A stretch of 64,000 nucleotides of DNA, from positions 2,547 through 66,546 of the forward strand of contig JBATXV010000011.1 in NCBI GenBank assembly GCA_049673585.1, read 5' to 3'. Position 1 is the stretch's first letter. Each line of letters starts with the position of its first letter. This document shows, in pieces, positions 1 to 9,850 of this stretch. This stretch comes from Candidatus Sulfotelmatobacter sp. Its GTDB lineage: Bacteria > Acidobacteriota > Terriglobia > Terriglobales > Acidobacteriaceae. Both the position numbers and the translations under genes were made by a program. The notes under the pieces were generated by a model that did not search any database, had not been told where the DNA came from, and was given only the letters and a program-made list of their open reading frames with translations.

Positions 1-450
1 GGACAAGGCAGCCTGGGCCAGTTGATCAATAGCAACGACGCCTACAACAAGTTCGTCGCAACTCTCGACAAAATGAATGCCGTGGTGGACGACCTGCAGC
101 AGGGCAAAGGCACCGCCGGAAAATTCCTGAAAGACCCCAGTCTCTACAACAATGCCAACGACACCGTCGCCAACTTGAAAAAGGTTAGCGAGGACCTGAA
201 CGCTGGTAAGGGAACCGCGGGAAGATTGCTCAAAGACGAGGAACTGGGAAAGAAGATCGATACCACCATGACCAAGCTCGCAGCCTTGACCAGCGAACTC
301 GAAGCTGGACAGGGAACGGTCGGAAAACTCTTCAAGGACGATACGCTGTATAACAACGCCAACCAGATGCTGGAGGAGAGCCGGAACCTGGTGAAAGCGA
401 TCCGGGAAAATCCCAAGAAGTATCTCAGCATCAAGCTGCACATTTTCTGA
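1..450 (+). CDS. MlaD/Mce-family protein, C-terminal part (5' end lies outside the window)
   Basis: Frame 1 is open from base 1. There are four degenerate copies of a G-[KQ]-G-[ST]-x-G-x-[FL]-[FLI]-[KN]-[DS] motif about 33 aa apart, as in the C-terminal repeat region of MCE/MlaD-type proteins. Confidence 0.6.
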   Translation, partial: GQGSLGQLINSNDAYNKFVATLDKMNAVVDDLQQGKGTAGKFLKDPSLYNNANDTVANLKKVSEDLNAGKGTAGRLLKDEELGKKIDTTMTKLAALTSELEAGQGTVGKLFKDDTLYNNANQMLEESRNLVKAIRENPKKYLSIKLHIF

Positions 451-474
451 GAACGAACGCCTCAAAAATCCAGT

Positions 475-1395
475 CTAGGAGACCGCCCGCGGCGCGGAAG
501 TGGACTCGGCCTGTTCGTGTGCATGATAGCTGGAGCGCACCAGCGGTCCGGACTCGACGTGCCGAAAGCCGAAGCGCAGAGCTTCGTTCCGCAACTCGCG
601 GAATTCCTCAGGCGTATAGAACCGCGCAATGGGCAAGTGGTCGCGCGAGGGGCGCAGATACTGGCCCACGGTAAGAATGTCAACACCGCGACCACCGAGA
701 TCGCGGAACACCTCGACCAGCTCTTCTGTCGACTCACCTAGTCCGACCATCACGCCGCTCTTCGTCACCATGCCGGGAGAGAATTTCTTGGCGTTCTCGA
801 GCAGAGTGAGCGTGCGTTCGTAGCGAGCACCCGAGCGAACTGCGCGATATAAACGCGGCACGGTTTCAGTGTTGTGGTTCAGAACGTCAGGCTGCGCCTC
901 AAGCACAATCTTCAACGGTTCTTCCAGACCTTGAAAATCCGGGATCAGCACCTCGACGCGGCACTCCGGAATCAGCTCGCGAATCTCGCGAATTGTTTCT
1001 GCGAATACTCTGGCGCCTCCAACATTGTCATCATCGCGATTCACGCTGGTCACGACGGCATGTTTCAGACCCAGCGTAGCCACAGCCTCAGCCACGCGGC
1101 GCGGCTCGTCCCAGTCGATAGGCTCTGGGCGGCCCTTGGGCACGGCGCAGAATCCGCAGCGCCGAGTGCAGATGTCGCCCAGCAACATAAATGTCGCGGT
1201 TTTGTGATTCCAGCACTCGCCGATGTTCGGGCACTGCGCCGATTCGCAAACCGTGTGCAATCCCAATCCACGCGCCAGCTTCTTCAAGTCGTGAAAGTTA
1301 TCGCCGACGGGCGCTTTGGCCCGTAACCAGTCGGGCTTAGGCATGCGCGGTGGCGGTCCCAGCTCGATCTGAATCAGTTGTGAAGTTCCAGCCAT
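475..1395 (-). CDS. lipA: lipoyl synthase
   Basis: 306 aa with the radical-SAM motif CTRRCGFCAV plus the N-terminal CESAQCPNIGEC cluster motif. Full-length LipA-like sequence. Confidence 0.95.
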   Translation of the reverse strand: MAGTSQLIQIELGPPPRMPKPDWLRAKAPVGDNFHDLKKLARGLGLHTVCESAQCPNIGECWNHKTATFMLLGDICTRRCGFCAVPKGRPEPIDWDEPRRVAEAVATLGLKHAVVTSVNRDDDNVGGARVFAETIREIRELIPECRVEVLIPDFQGLEEPLKIVLEAQPDVLNHNTETVPRLYRAVRSGARYERTLTLLENAKKFSPGMVTKSGVMVGLGESTEELVEVFRDLGGRGVDILTVGQYLRPSRDHLPIARFYTPEEFRELRNEALRFGFRHVESGPLVRSSYHAHEQAESTSAPRAVS

Positions 1396-1481
1396 TCGTT
1401 TGATTCTACCAGTTTGAACTCAAGCCTTGAGCCGGCACGCATGCCAGCATAAAATCAGGCCAACTTGGGAGCAGGGATTCG

Positions 1482-2495
1482 ATGAACACGTTCTGGAAGT
1501 GGATGGGCAGAGGGTTATTTGTTCTGGCGGTAGTTTTGGTTGTCGCAATCAGCCTGACGATCGGGTGGAGACCGTTCTTAGGCCCACGAGCGCGAGCTCT
1601 CACCAGTCGCAAGTTTGAGGCCACGCCCGAAAGGCTGGCGCGCGGCCGCTATTTGGCGAACGCAGTCTCTGGGTGCATCTTCTGCCATTCGGAACACGAC
1701 TGGAAAGCCCCAGGCGGTCCCGTGGTAGAGAGCAAGCTGGGTGCAGGCCAGGTCTTCCCTCTTGTGGGCTTGCCGGGAACCGTAGTTGCTCCCAACATCA
1801 CACCCGATCCCACAACCGGAGCGGGCTCCTGGAGCGACGATCAACTCGCTCGAGCCATTCGTGAAGGTATCGGCCATGATGGAAGAACACTGTTTCCGTT
1901 GATGCCCTATGAACACTTCCGAGGCATGTCCGATGAGGATGTGGCTTCAGTCGTGGTCTATCTTCGCTCTTTGCGCCCGGTGCAGAACTTGCTGCCCAAG
2001 ACCCAGATCGCATTCCCGGTGAATTTCCTGATTCGGAGCGTCCCTCAGCCGGTCACCGAGCCAGTACCGGCCAGCAATTCCACGGATCCAGTCAAGCGCG
2101 GCGAGTATCTGGTTCAGATGGCGGGCTGCTCCGACTGTCACACTCCGCAGGAGCGCGGGCAGCCTAAACCAGGGTTGGATTTTGCTGGTGGATTCGAGTT
2201 GCAAGGACCCTTTGGAACCGTGACTAGCTCCAACATCACTCCGGATCCTTCTGGCATTTCATACTACGACGAAAATTTATTTGTTCAGGCGATGCGGACC
2301 GGCAGGGTGGGAGCGCGATCACTGAATCCGATCATGCCCTGGCTCATGGTTCGAAATATGACCGATGAAGACCTCAAGGCAGTGTTTGCCTATCTGCGGA
2401 CTTTGAAGCCAGTGCATCATCGCGTGGACAACACTTTGCCTCCGACGCCGTGCAAGATCTGCGGGGGAAAGCACGGAGGCGGGGACCAAAACTGA
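1482..2495 (+). CDS. membrane-anchored dihaem c-type cytochrome
   Basis: N-terminal TM helix and two CxxCH haem motifs (CIFCH, CSDCH). Confidence 0.8.
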   Translation: MNTFWKWMGRGLFVLAVVLVVAISLTIGWRPFLGPRARALTSRKFEATPERLARGRYLANAVSGCIFCHSEHDWKAPGGPVVESKLGAGQVFPLVGLPGTVVAPNITPDPTTGAGSWSDDQLARAIREGIGHDGRTLFPLMPYEHFRGMSDEDVASVVVYLRSLRPVQNLLPKTQIAFPVNFLIRSVPQPVTEPVPASNSTDPVKRGEYLVQMAGCSDCHTPQERGQPKPGLDFAGGFELQGPFGTVTSSNITPDPSGISYYDENLFVQAMRTGRVGARSLNPIMPWLMVRNMTDEDLKAVFAYLRTLKPVHHRVDNTLPPTPCKICGGKHGGGDQN

Positions 2496-2511
2496 TTGCG
2501 CCTAGCCCACC

Positions 2512-3384
2512 TCAACCAGCCCGCACCGCGGCGGCGCGCCGAACTAAATCAGAAGCCTTAATTCGCGCACAGAATTGTTCGAAGCTCGCGCGCGGCCCGC
2601 GCCAGCGAAGATCCTCGACCGTATCAAATACCAGCACGTCGAGCCGTAGCGTGGCAAGCGCGCGAAATAACAGCGCATCTGTCCATCCCGAAAACAACGA
2701 TTCCGAAAGCGGACGTGCCCTGCGGATCGACGGCTCCCACTCTTGCCAATCCTTGGGAACATCTTCCAGATGCGGATACCGTGAAAACGTAAGCGCCGCC
2801 GCTTTCTGCCCCCATCCCGGCAGTCCGGGAAAACCGTCCGCACTATCGCCGACCACCGCCAGATAATCGGGGATCGATTTGGGCTTCACGCCAAACTTGG
2901 CCACGACCCCCGCTTCGTCACGCACCAGGTCACGCCGGCGATCCAGTTGCACCACGCGCGTGCCTACAACGCTCTGACTGAGATCTTTGTCAGGAGTGCA
3001 AATCAAGATCTGGTTCACCCGATCATCGAGTGCGGCCTTGGCCGCAGCGGAAGCGAGCGCGTCATCCGCCTCAAAATAGACCATGGGCCACACCACCACC
3101 CCCATCGCTTCCAGACCTTCTTCAAGAATTGGGAACTGTGAAAGTAACTCTGGAGCCACGCTCTCACTCGTCTTGTACCCGGCGTACATCTCATTTCGAA
3201 ACGACTCCACCACGTGATCCGTGGCGACTCCAACGTGGCTTGCGCCTTGTTCGATCATCGACAGAACCGATCCCAACACTCCGCGCACCGCCCCGATTTC
3301 CTGTCCGGCCGCATCTACGGCCGAGGGCACTGCGAAAAAATACCGGAATAATTCGTAAGTCCCGTCGATCAAGTGAACATTCAT
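2512..3384 (-). CDS. 5'-3' exonuclease (FEN/ExoIX-like, stand-alone Pol I N-terminal domain homologue)
   Basis: Start MNVHLIDGTYELFRYFF, acidic clusters (ATDH, EADD, PDKD) and the H3TH-like motif VVGDSADGFPGLPGWG. It lies 15 nt downstream of recG. Confidence 0.8.
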   Translation of the reverse strand: MNVHLIDGTYELFRYFFAVPSAVDAAGQEIGAVRGVLGSVLSMIEQGASHVGVATDHVVESFRNEMYAGYKTSESVAPELLSQFPILEEGLEAMGVVVWPMVYFEADDALASAAAKAALDDRVNQILICTPDKDLSQSVVGTRVVQLDRRRDLVRDEAGVVAKFGVKPKSIPDYLAVVGDSADGFPGLPGWGQKAAALTFSRYPHLEDVPKDWQEWEPSIRRARPLSESLFSGWTDALLFRALATLRLDVLVFDTVEDLRWRGPRASFEQFCARIKASDLVRRAAAVRAG

Positions 3385-3399
3385 CGCTTCATGAATTTC

Positions 3400-5556
3400 C
3401 TAGCCCACTTCAACCAGACCGTAGGTATGCTGCCACCGTGTGCGCAAGGTCACAAGCGCCCGGCTGATTTCCACCTGCGTGACTTCGGAATTGGGCCCAG
3501 CCATCACCGCCGCGGCTTCGCGCTTGGCTAGTTCCAGCAATTGCCGGTCACGAATCAGGTTGGCCACGCGAAAACTCGGCATACCGGCCTGACGCGTACC
3601 GAAAAACTCTCCCGGCCCGCGCAGTTCCAGATCGAGTTCGGCGATCTGAAATCCGTCATTGGTGCGCACCATGGCGTCGAGGCGGCGCTCGCCTTCTTCC
3701 GTCACCTTGCCGCCGGTCATCAGGATGCAGTAAGACTTCGCGGCCCCGCGCCCAATGCGGCCACGCAACTGGTGAAGCTGCGCCAGGCCAAAGCGCTCGG
3801 CATGTTCGATTACCATTACGGTCGCGTTCGGCACATCCACGCCAACTTCAATTACCGTAGTCGCGACCAGAATCTGCAACTCGCCTTTCTGAAACAGGCG
3901 CATGACCTGATCTTTCAATTCAGAATCAAGCCGCCCGTGCAGCAACCCGACCTTCAGATCGGCAAACACTTTCCCGCTCAGCTCGCGATACATATGGATC
4001 GCAGCTTTCAGTTCGGTCTCTTCATTTTCAGCGATGACTGGATAAACGACATAGACCTGGTGCCCCTTCGCGACCTGCTTGCGCACAAAATCCCACACCT
4101 CGGGCGAGCGGTCGTCGGTGATTCTTCGCGTCACGATCGGCGTGCGCCCCGGCGGAAGCTCATCAAGCACGCTCAGATCGAGATCGCCATAAAGCGTGAG
4201 TGCCAGCGTGCGCGGGATGGGCGTCGCGGTCATCACCAGAACATCGGGATCGGCGGGATTCTTGTCGTCACTGCCCTCGCCGGACTTCTTCATCAGCTTC
4301 AAGCGCTGCAAGACGCCGAAGCGGTGTTGCTCATCGACGATAACCAGGCCTGGCTTCGCGAACTCAACTTTCTCCTCCAGCAAAGCGTGGGTGCCGATGA
4401 CAAGCTGCGCGCCCCCCTGAGCGATGTGGCGGCGAATCTCGCGCTTGCGGTCGGCTTCGAGCGATCCGGTTAGCAGCACGATTCGATATCCCGCATTTTC
4501 CAGAATTCTGCGCGCCGAGAAGTAATGCTGTTGCGCAAGAATTTCAGTAGGCGCCATCAACGCCACCTGGCACCCGTTTTCGATTGCGATGATCGCTGCC
4601 TGAAAACCGATGATGGTTTTTCCCGAGCCCACATCTCCCTGCAGCAAACGCCGCATGGGATAGGGCTTCTGCATGTCGTCGGCAATCTCTTTCAACACCC
4701 GCTTCTGGGCAGCTGTTGGATGGAATGGCAGAATCTTCTTGATTGCCTGCCGCACCCGGTCGTCCAGGCGAAAGGCGATGCCGGTCTGCGTCTTCTGCTG
4801 CCGACGCTTGAGTTCGAGGCCCAGCTCGATAAAAAACAATTCCTCAAAAATCAACCGGATGTGCGCCGGTGTGCGCGACGACTGCAAATCCGCCAAGCTC
4901 TCTCCGGCCTCCGGCCAATGCACCTTCCACAAAGCCTCGCGCGGCGAAAGCAGCCCCAGGCGCTCGCGCACAGCCGCCGGGATGGTTTCGGCCAGGTCGG
5001 GAGTGAGATCGTCGAGCGCCGTGCGGATGACCCGTCGAAACCAGCGTGCAGTGACGCGCCCTTGCCCGGCCGACTCATAGATAGGCACGATGCGACCCAC
5101 TTCAAGCGATGTGGCAGCCTTGTCGTCCGCGCCATCTGAGCCGGCATCACCCAGCATTTCAAACTGCGGCTGGATGATCTGCAGTTCTCCGCTGCGCGAA
5201 TCTTGCTCCACCTTGCCATAGAGCGCGATCAACTGGCCGGGCTTGAACTTGTCCTGCAGGTAAGTGCCGTGAAACCACAGGCAGCGCAGCTTTGATCGTC
5301 CCTGCCCGACGGTCAATTGAAAGATCGGCATCTTGCGGGTGCGGAACAAACCGGAGTTGCGCACTTCGCCAATCACGGTAGCCATTTCGCCGGCGCGCAA
5401 CTCGCCAATCCCGCGCGGATTCAGCCGGTCTTCGTAGCGAAACGGCAGATAATTCAGCAGATCGCCCACCGTCGATATACCCTTGGTGGCAAGAATCTCC
5501 GCCAGCCGCGGACCAATCCCCTTCACGTATTGCACCGGCGTGGTGAGTTCAAGCAT
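3400..5556 (-). CDS. recG: ATP-dependent DNA helicase RecG
   Basis: Wedge domain, Walker A GDVGSGKT, DEQHRFG box and the helicase C motif QLRGRIGRG. I chose the start at MLELTTPVQYVKGIG; the longest ORF extends to 5586. Confidence 0.93.
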   Translation of the reverse strand: MLELTTPVQYVKGIGPRLAEILATKGISTVGDLLNYLPFRYEDRLNPRGIGELRAGEMATVIGEVRNSGLFRTRKMPIFQLTVGQGRSKLRCLWFHGTYLQDKFKPGQLIALYGKVEQDSRSGELQIIQPQFEMLGDAGSDGADDKAATSLEVGRIVPIYESAGQGRVTARWFRRVIRTALDDLTPDLAETIPAAVRERLGLLSPREALWKVHWPEAGESLADLQSSRTPAHIRLIFEELFFIELGLELKRRQQKTQTGIAFRLDDRVRQAIKKILPFHPTAAQKRVLKEIADDMQKPYPMRRLLQGDVGSGKTIIGFQAAIIAIENGCQVALMAPTEILAQQHYFSARRILENAGYRIVLLTGSLEADRKREIRRHIAQGGAQLVIGTHALLEEKVEFAKPGLVIVDEQHRFGVLQRLKLMKKSGEGSDDKNPADPDVLVMTATPIPRTLALTLYGDLDLSVLDELPPGRTPIVTRRITDDRSPEVWDFVRKQVAKGHQVYVVYPVIAENEETELKAAIHMYRELSGKVFADLKVGLLHGRLDSELKDQVMRLFQKGELQILVATTVIEVGVDVPNATVMVIEHAERFGLAQLHQLRGRIGRGAAKSYCILMTGGKVTEEGERRLDAMVRTNDGFQIAELDLELRGPGEFFGTRQAGMPSFRVANLIRDRQLLELAKREAAAVMAGPNSEVTQVEISRALVTLRTRWQHTYGLVEVG

Positions 5557-5695
5557 GCGGACGTTCCCAAGGAATGTTAGCAGCAAGTCGGCTCACGCAC
5601 GCGACGCCTCGGTTCGCGGCCAAGATGGCGATGTTGTGGCGACAATCGGATAAGCACAGGCAACTCTCTCGGCATCGCGTATCATCCCTCCCATA

Positions 5696-6679
5696 ATGTT
5701 GGCAAGGGTTTGTCCATTAGTCCTGTTGCTCGTAAGCGGAGCCGTCGCCCAGCAGGATTCTAATCTTCGCGTTCAGTCGAATGTGGTGCTGGTACCGACG
5801 CTGGTGAAGGATGCGGAAGGCCATATCGTCTACGGCTTAACGCGAAAAGATTTCGTAATCGACGACGATGGCGTGGAACAAGCGATTCGTTTAGACGATT
5901 CCGCCGAATCTGAGCCCGCTTCAGTTGTCGTTGCAATTCAGACAGGAAGGAGAGCGTGGCGCGAATTTTCCAGAATGCGAGGGATCGGCCCCATGCTGAT
6001 TCCTGTTTTCGATCAACTCCGATCGCGAGTCGCCTTGGTCGAATTTGATAGTCATGTCAATCTGGTCGAGGACTTCAGCGACGATGAAAACCCCTTTCTT
6101 GAAGACCTCAAAGGTCTGCAAGCGGGCGACAACGGCGCCGCGATTCGCGATGCCGTGGCTTTTTCTGTCCGTTTGCTTGAAAAAGAGCCGCCTGAGCGCA
6201 AGCGGGTACTGCTCCTGGTGTGCGAAAACCGCGACCATGGGAGCCATGTGACCAAAACCGATGACGTCGTGGCCGCCATCGGCAACAGTAATACTACTGT
6301 GTATGCACTGGCGTTCTCGCCTTCACTCTCGCAGGTGCTGGACACCGAGCGGGGCGTTAACCGGGACGAAGCCTACTGGGACGCGCCTCCCGACATCATC
6401 GGCACTCTTCTGATGGCTAGGAATGCGATGAAGAAAAACATCACGAAGGCAATTGCATCGATGACCGGCGGCGAGTATGAGTTATTCACAACCCACAAGG
6501 GCTTCGAGGATCGCCTGGTTGATTTTGACAACCACTTACACAGCCGCTACGCATTAAGCTTCGCACCGGAAAATCCACACCCCGGGCTCCATCAGATCCA
6601 GGTGCGCTTGAAACAGCCTTCGCCTGGAGTAAGCGTTCTGTCGAGAACCAGCTATTGGGCAGTGGGCCCGATTCCGTGA
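5696..6679 (+). CDS. secreted VWA-domain protein (acidobacterial VWFA-related type)
   Basis: Signal peptide MLARVCPLVLLLVSGAVAQQ. The N-terminal NLRVQSNVVLVPTLV beta-sandwich lead-in plus a VWA-like core resembles the VWFA-related acidobacterial domain family. Confidence 0.7.
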   Translation: MLARVCPLVLLLVSGAVAQQDSNLRVQSNVVLVPTLVKDAEGHIVYGLTRKDFVIDDDGVEQAIRLDDSAESEPASVVVAIQTGRRAWREFSRMRGIGPMLIPVFDQLRSRVALVEFDSHVNLVEDFSDDENPFLEDLKGLQAGDNGAAIRDAVAFSVRLLEKEPPERKRVLLLVCENRDHGSHVTKTDDVVAAIGNSNTTVYALAFSPSLSQVLDTERGVNRDEAYWDAPPDIIGTLLMARNAMKKNITKAIASMTGGEYELFTTHKGFEDRLVDFDNHLHSRYALSFAPENPHPGLHQIQVRLKQPSPGVSVLSRTSYWAVGPIP

Positions 6680-6704
6680 GCGTGGCACGCGATGCGAGGA
6701 GCCG

Positions 6705-6905
6705 GTGTCTAAACCCTCGGTGCTTCTAAATCTCATCCAAGCTCTCTGCGCCATTATCCTCGGCAACGTGGCGTATTTCCTGCTCGCGCCGTCTCTACCT
6801 GTAGCGCGTCATCGGCCGTTCCAGTTCGACGTGGGCATGGTCGTCGACTTCTGGTTCTGCCTGGTTGCCTATGGCCTGATCCGCACCGCCAGAAGGTGGA
6901 AATAA
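6705..6905 (+). CDS. small two-TM membrane protein, hypothetical
   Basis: 66 aa with a GTG start, two hydrophobic helices, 25 nt after the VWA gene. No recognisable family. Confidence 0.35.
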   Translation: MSKPSVLLNLIQALCAIILGNVAYFLLAPSLPVARHRPFQFDVGMVVDFWFCLVAYGLIRTARRWK

Positions 6906-6994
6906 GGGAATCCCTGTCCCCCGAACCGGGTTTTCCTAGTTACTTTCGGAACCTCTAACAAACGCCGCCGTCACGTTACGATATCCCCAGAAGC

Positions 6995-8485
6995 ATGAAT
7001 AAAATCGCAGTCCTGTACGACGCGGGCCAGGCTGTGCTCTCCACCTTCGATCTTGACGAGGTGCTGCAGCGGATCCTAGGCATTGCGCACGACTATTTTC
7101 ATCTGCGGAATGTGGCCATCGCGCTGCTCGACAAGCAGTCGCAGGAGTTGTACGTCCGCTCGCAGATCGGCTGGGATGAAGGCCAGGACAAGGTTCGGAT
7201 CCCCATCGGCCAGGGAATATCGGGAGCAGCAGCGCTCAAGAAGCAGCCCGTCTATGCTCCCGACGTCAGACTGGATCCGCGCTATTTGTGCACTGCCAAG
7301 TCGACCCATTCCGAGGTCGCCATCCCTCTGATGGTGAGGGACGAGGTGGTGGGCGTGCTCGATTGTCAAAGCGACCACCTGAACCACTTCGACCAGGAGA
7401 CCATCGATCTGCTCACGCTTTTTTCCACTCAGGCATCGATCGCCCTCCAGAATGCGCGTCTATACTCGTTAGAGGAACAGCGCACGCGGCAACTGCAGGC
7501 CATCAATGCCATCGCTCAGCAAACCACGGCAGTCCTCGACCTCGAACAGTTGCTGGCTCGAGTCTGTGAGCTGATTCAGGGCGCATTCCGCGTATCCCAC
7601 GTCTCGCTGTTTCTGCGCGAGGACCACGACCTGGTGCTGCGGGCCCATCACGGCACGCTCACCCCTCGCGTTCCCGAGGGTGGCCGCTTTCCGGCGAGCA
7701 CTGAACCCTGGGCCAGCATCCTGGCCAGCAGCAATACGGCAACGGAGACTGATCTTTGCGTCGCGCCGGCGGGCACGAAGTTCTTTGCGGAATCAGCCTC
7801 GCGCATGTGCATTCCACTGGTCTCGTTCGGACAGACGCTAGGGATTCTCGCACTCGACAGCGCACGTCCAGACGCCTTCCGCGATGGCGATCTGCAGTCG
7901 CTCGAATCCGTAGCCGACATTTGTGCCACCGCCATCCAGAACGCGCATTATGTCGAGCGCGTGAAGCAGCTCGCCTATCTCGATGGTCTCACGGGTATTT
8001 TCAATCGCCGCTTTTTCGAGCTGCGCATCATGGAGGAGATCGAACGCGCCCGCCGCTATGGCACGGGTATGGCCGTCATCATGGCGGACATCGATCAGTT
8101 CAAGCGCCTGAATGACGAATTCGGACACGTGCTGGGCGATGAAGTGCTGCGCCAGGTTTCCAGCCTATTCCATCAGCAGTTGCGGAAAATCGACGTCGTC
8201 TGCCGCTACGGAGGCGAGGAATTCGGGATTCTGCTCACTCAAACTAACGCCAAGCATGCCATGAAGATCGCCGAGAAGCTGCGCAAGATGGTGGAGGGCT
8301 GGCTGTTCCCGGGCGTGCCGCGCACCGTAACCATTAGCGCCGGAGCTGCCGCTTTCCCCGAACAAGGCACCACCCGCGACGAACTGGTCAGGGCCGCAGA
8401 CTCTGCCCTGTACGCCGCCAAGCAAGCGGGAAGAAACAAGGTTTGTCTCGGAACGCTGGCGCGCGTCCAGTCGGTAGGCTCTTAG
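6995..8485 (+). CDS. GAF-GAF-GGDEF diguanylate cyclase
   Basis: Two GAF-like modules followed by the GGDEF domain motifs DGLTGIFNRR and RYGGEEFGILL. Confidence 0.9.
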   Translation: MNKIAVLYDAGQAVLSTFDLDEVLQRILGIAHDYFHLRNVAIALLDKQSQELYVRSQIGWDEGQDKVRIPIGQGISGAAALKKQPVYAPDVRLDPRYLCTAKSTHSEVAIPLMVRDEVVGVLDCQSDHLNHFDQETIDLLTLFSTQASIALQNARLYSLEEQRTRQLQAINAIAQQTTAVLDLEQLLARVCELIQGAFRVSHVSLFLREDHDLVLRAHHGTLTPRVPEGGRFPASTEPWASILASSNTATETDLCVAPAGTKFFAESASRMCIPLVSFGQTLGILALDSARPDAFRDGDLQSLESVADICATAIQNAHYVERVKQLAYLDGLTGIFNRRFFELRIMEEIERARRYGTGMAVIMADIDQFKRLNDEFGHVLGDEVLRQVSSLFHQQLRKIDVVCRYGGEEFGILLTQTNAKHAMKIAEKLRKMVEGWLFPGVPRTVTISAGAAAFPEQGTTRDELVRAADSALYAAKQAGRNKVCLGTLARVQSVGS

Positions 8486-8559
8486 ATTACCTGCTCGCTA
8501 GGTGTAGCGCAGACCAAAACACGCTTGTCCGCACGGAGTGAAGTAACTGTGAAATTTGT

Positions 8560-9726
8560 TTAGATATCAAGCCAGCCGGCAGCCATCTGCCGACGAAGCT
8601 CTTCCATCTGCCGCTGCAGCCTCTCGCGGCTCTTCTGTAGTTCTTCCCGAACCTTGGGTCTGAGTTCCTGCCTCAGCTTCTCGACCTGCTCCCTAAGCTG
8701 TTTCTGCTGATCGCACATTGCCTTGCGCATTTCCTCGGATGCCTTCCGGCTTTCTTCCCTAGCCAGCTCCATCTGCGGCCGCAGTTTGGCAATCTCGTTC
8801 TGCACTTCACTTAACTCTGCCTGACTTTCCGCACTCAGTTCGGGAGCCTCCAGGCTTTGCTCAATCATCTCGCCGGAGTCCCTGCGCTCTGGCAAGGTGA
8901 GGGTGAGAGTCTGCTCCTTCCTGTCGCGGATCACGCCCACGCTAACTGACCCGGCGCTGTGAGAGTGCAGTACGTGGCTGAAGTCGCTGGTGTCATGAAC
9001 CGGCTGGTCGCCGACGCGAGTAATGACGTCGCCGGCGCGCAGCCCGGCTTTATCGGCGCGGCTGCCCTTTTCCACCGAACGAACCAGCACTCCATTTCCG
9101 TTTTTCGCACCAAAAAACTCGCCCAGTTGCGGCGTAAGGTTCTCCACCATCAGGCCGCTGCGCATCGAGGAATGCACCACCACCACTCCAATATTCGGAA
9201 CATCGAAGTCCGGCAGGTTGGGAATCGGCGGAATCTCGATGTGCAAATTCTTCTCCCAGTCCTCGTCTTTCCCACTCATGTGAGCAAACTCGTTGCGCCG
9301 GTCGGCCAGTTGCACCTTGATGGTCATAGGCCGTCCATCACGGCTCAGTCCAAACGTGACCACGCGCCCCGGCGGAGTCTCCCGGATCATCCGCTGCAAT
9401 TGCGTCTTGCTTTCGATAGTCGTTCCGTTCATGGTCAGAAGAACGTCGTGTTCCTTGAATCCAGCTTTTCCCGCCGGAGCATCCTCGTCAACCATCGTCA
9501 CTTCGACGCCTTGTTCCTCCTTCAGCTTCAGGGCGCTGAGCCGGTCGGCCGTAATATCTGCGATGTCCACGCCCAGGTAAGCGGTCGCTCCAGAATCTTC
9601 GCTGGGAATGCCCATGGGTTGCATGGGATCAACCGCCCATCGTTGCGCGGCATACGATACGTTCAGCAGCAAAGGCAGCACGGCGATCGTCGTCAAAATA
9701 TGCTTGCGCATGGCCAACCTCCTCAA
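8560..9726 (-). CDS. secreted double-PDZ protein with C-terminal coiled-coil tail
   Basis: Signal peptide, two PDZ-like segments (GVEVTMVDEDAPAGKAGFKEHDVLL and GVLVRSVEKGSRADKAGLRAGDVI) and an E/R/K/Q-rich C-terminus. No protease domain. The alternative start MRKHIL is at 9711. Confidence 0.72.
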   Translation of the reverse strand: MRRLAMRKHILTTIAVLPLLLNVSYAAQRWAVDPMQPMGIPSEDSGATAYLGVDIADITADRLSALKLKEEQGVEVTMVDEDAPAGKAGFKEHDVLLTMNGTTIESKTQLQRMIRETPPGRVVTFGLSRDGRPMTIKVQLADRRNEFAHMSGKDEDWEKNLHIEIPPIPNLPDFDVPNIGVVVVHSSMRSGLMVENLTPQLGEFFGAKNGNGVLVRSVEKGSRADKAGLRAGDVITRVGDQPVHDTSDFSHVLHSHSAGSVSVGVIRDRKEQTLTLTLPERRDSGEMIEQSLEAPELSAESQAELSEVQNEIAKLRPQMELAREESRKASEEMRKAMCDQQKQLREQVEKLRQELRPKVREELQKSRERLQRQMEELRRQMAAGWLDI

Positions 9727-9747
9727 TCTTTACGCGCCACAGTCTCT

Positions 9748-9850
9748 TGTCATCCTGAACAAGCGTTCTTTGCGCAGTGAAGGACCCTGTCGAGCCGCGT
9801 CATGCGTCGCGCTCTTTGCGGCGCGATACAGGCGCGTTCGGCTCGCATCC
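9748..9850. repeat. dispersed GTCATCCTGA-type palindromic element, copy 1
   Basis: About 70% identical by eye to 18538-18641. Shared blocks are TGTCATCCTGA, GAAGGA, CGAGCCGCG, GCGTCGCG, TCTTTGCG and GGCTCGC. It contains nested inverted repeats and fills the spacer between the DUF4097 and PDZ genes. Confidence 0.65.

Noticed and set aside
3541-4473. 310-aa ORF antisense to recG
   Set aside because: It lies entirely inside a well-supported helicase gene on the other strand. It has an Arg/His/Gln-rich composition with no motifs, a typical high-GC shadow ORF.
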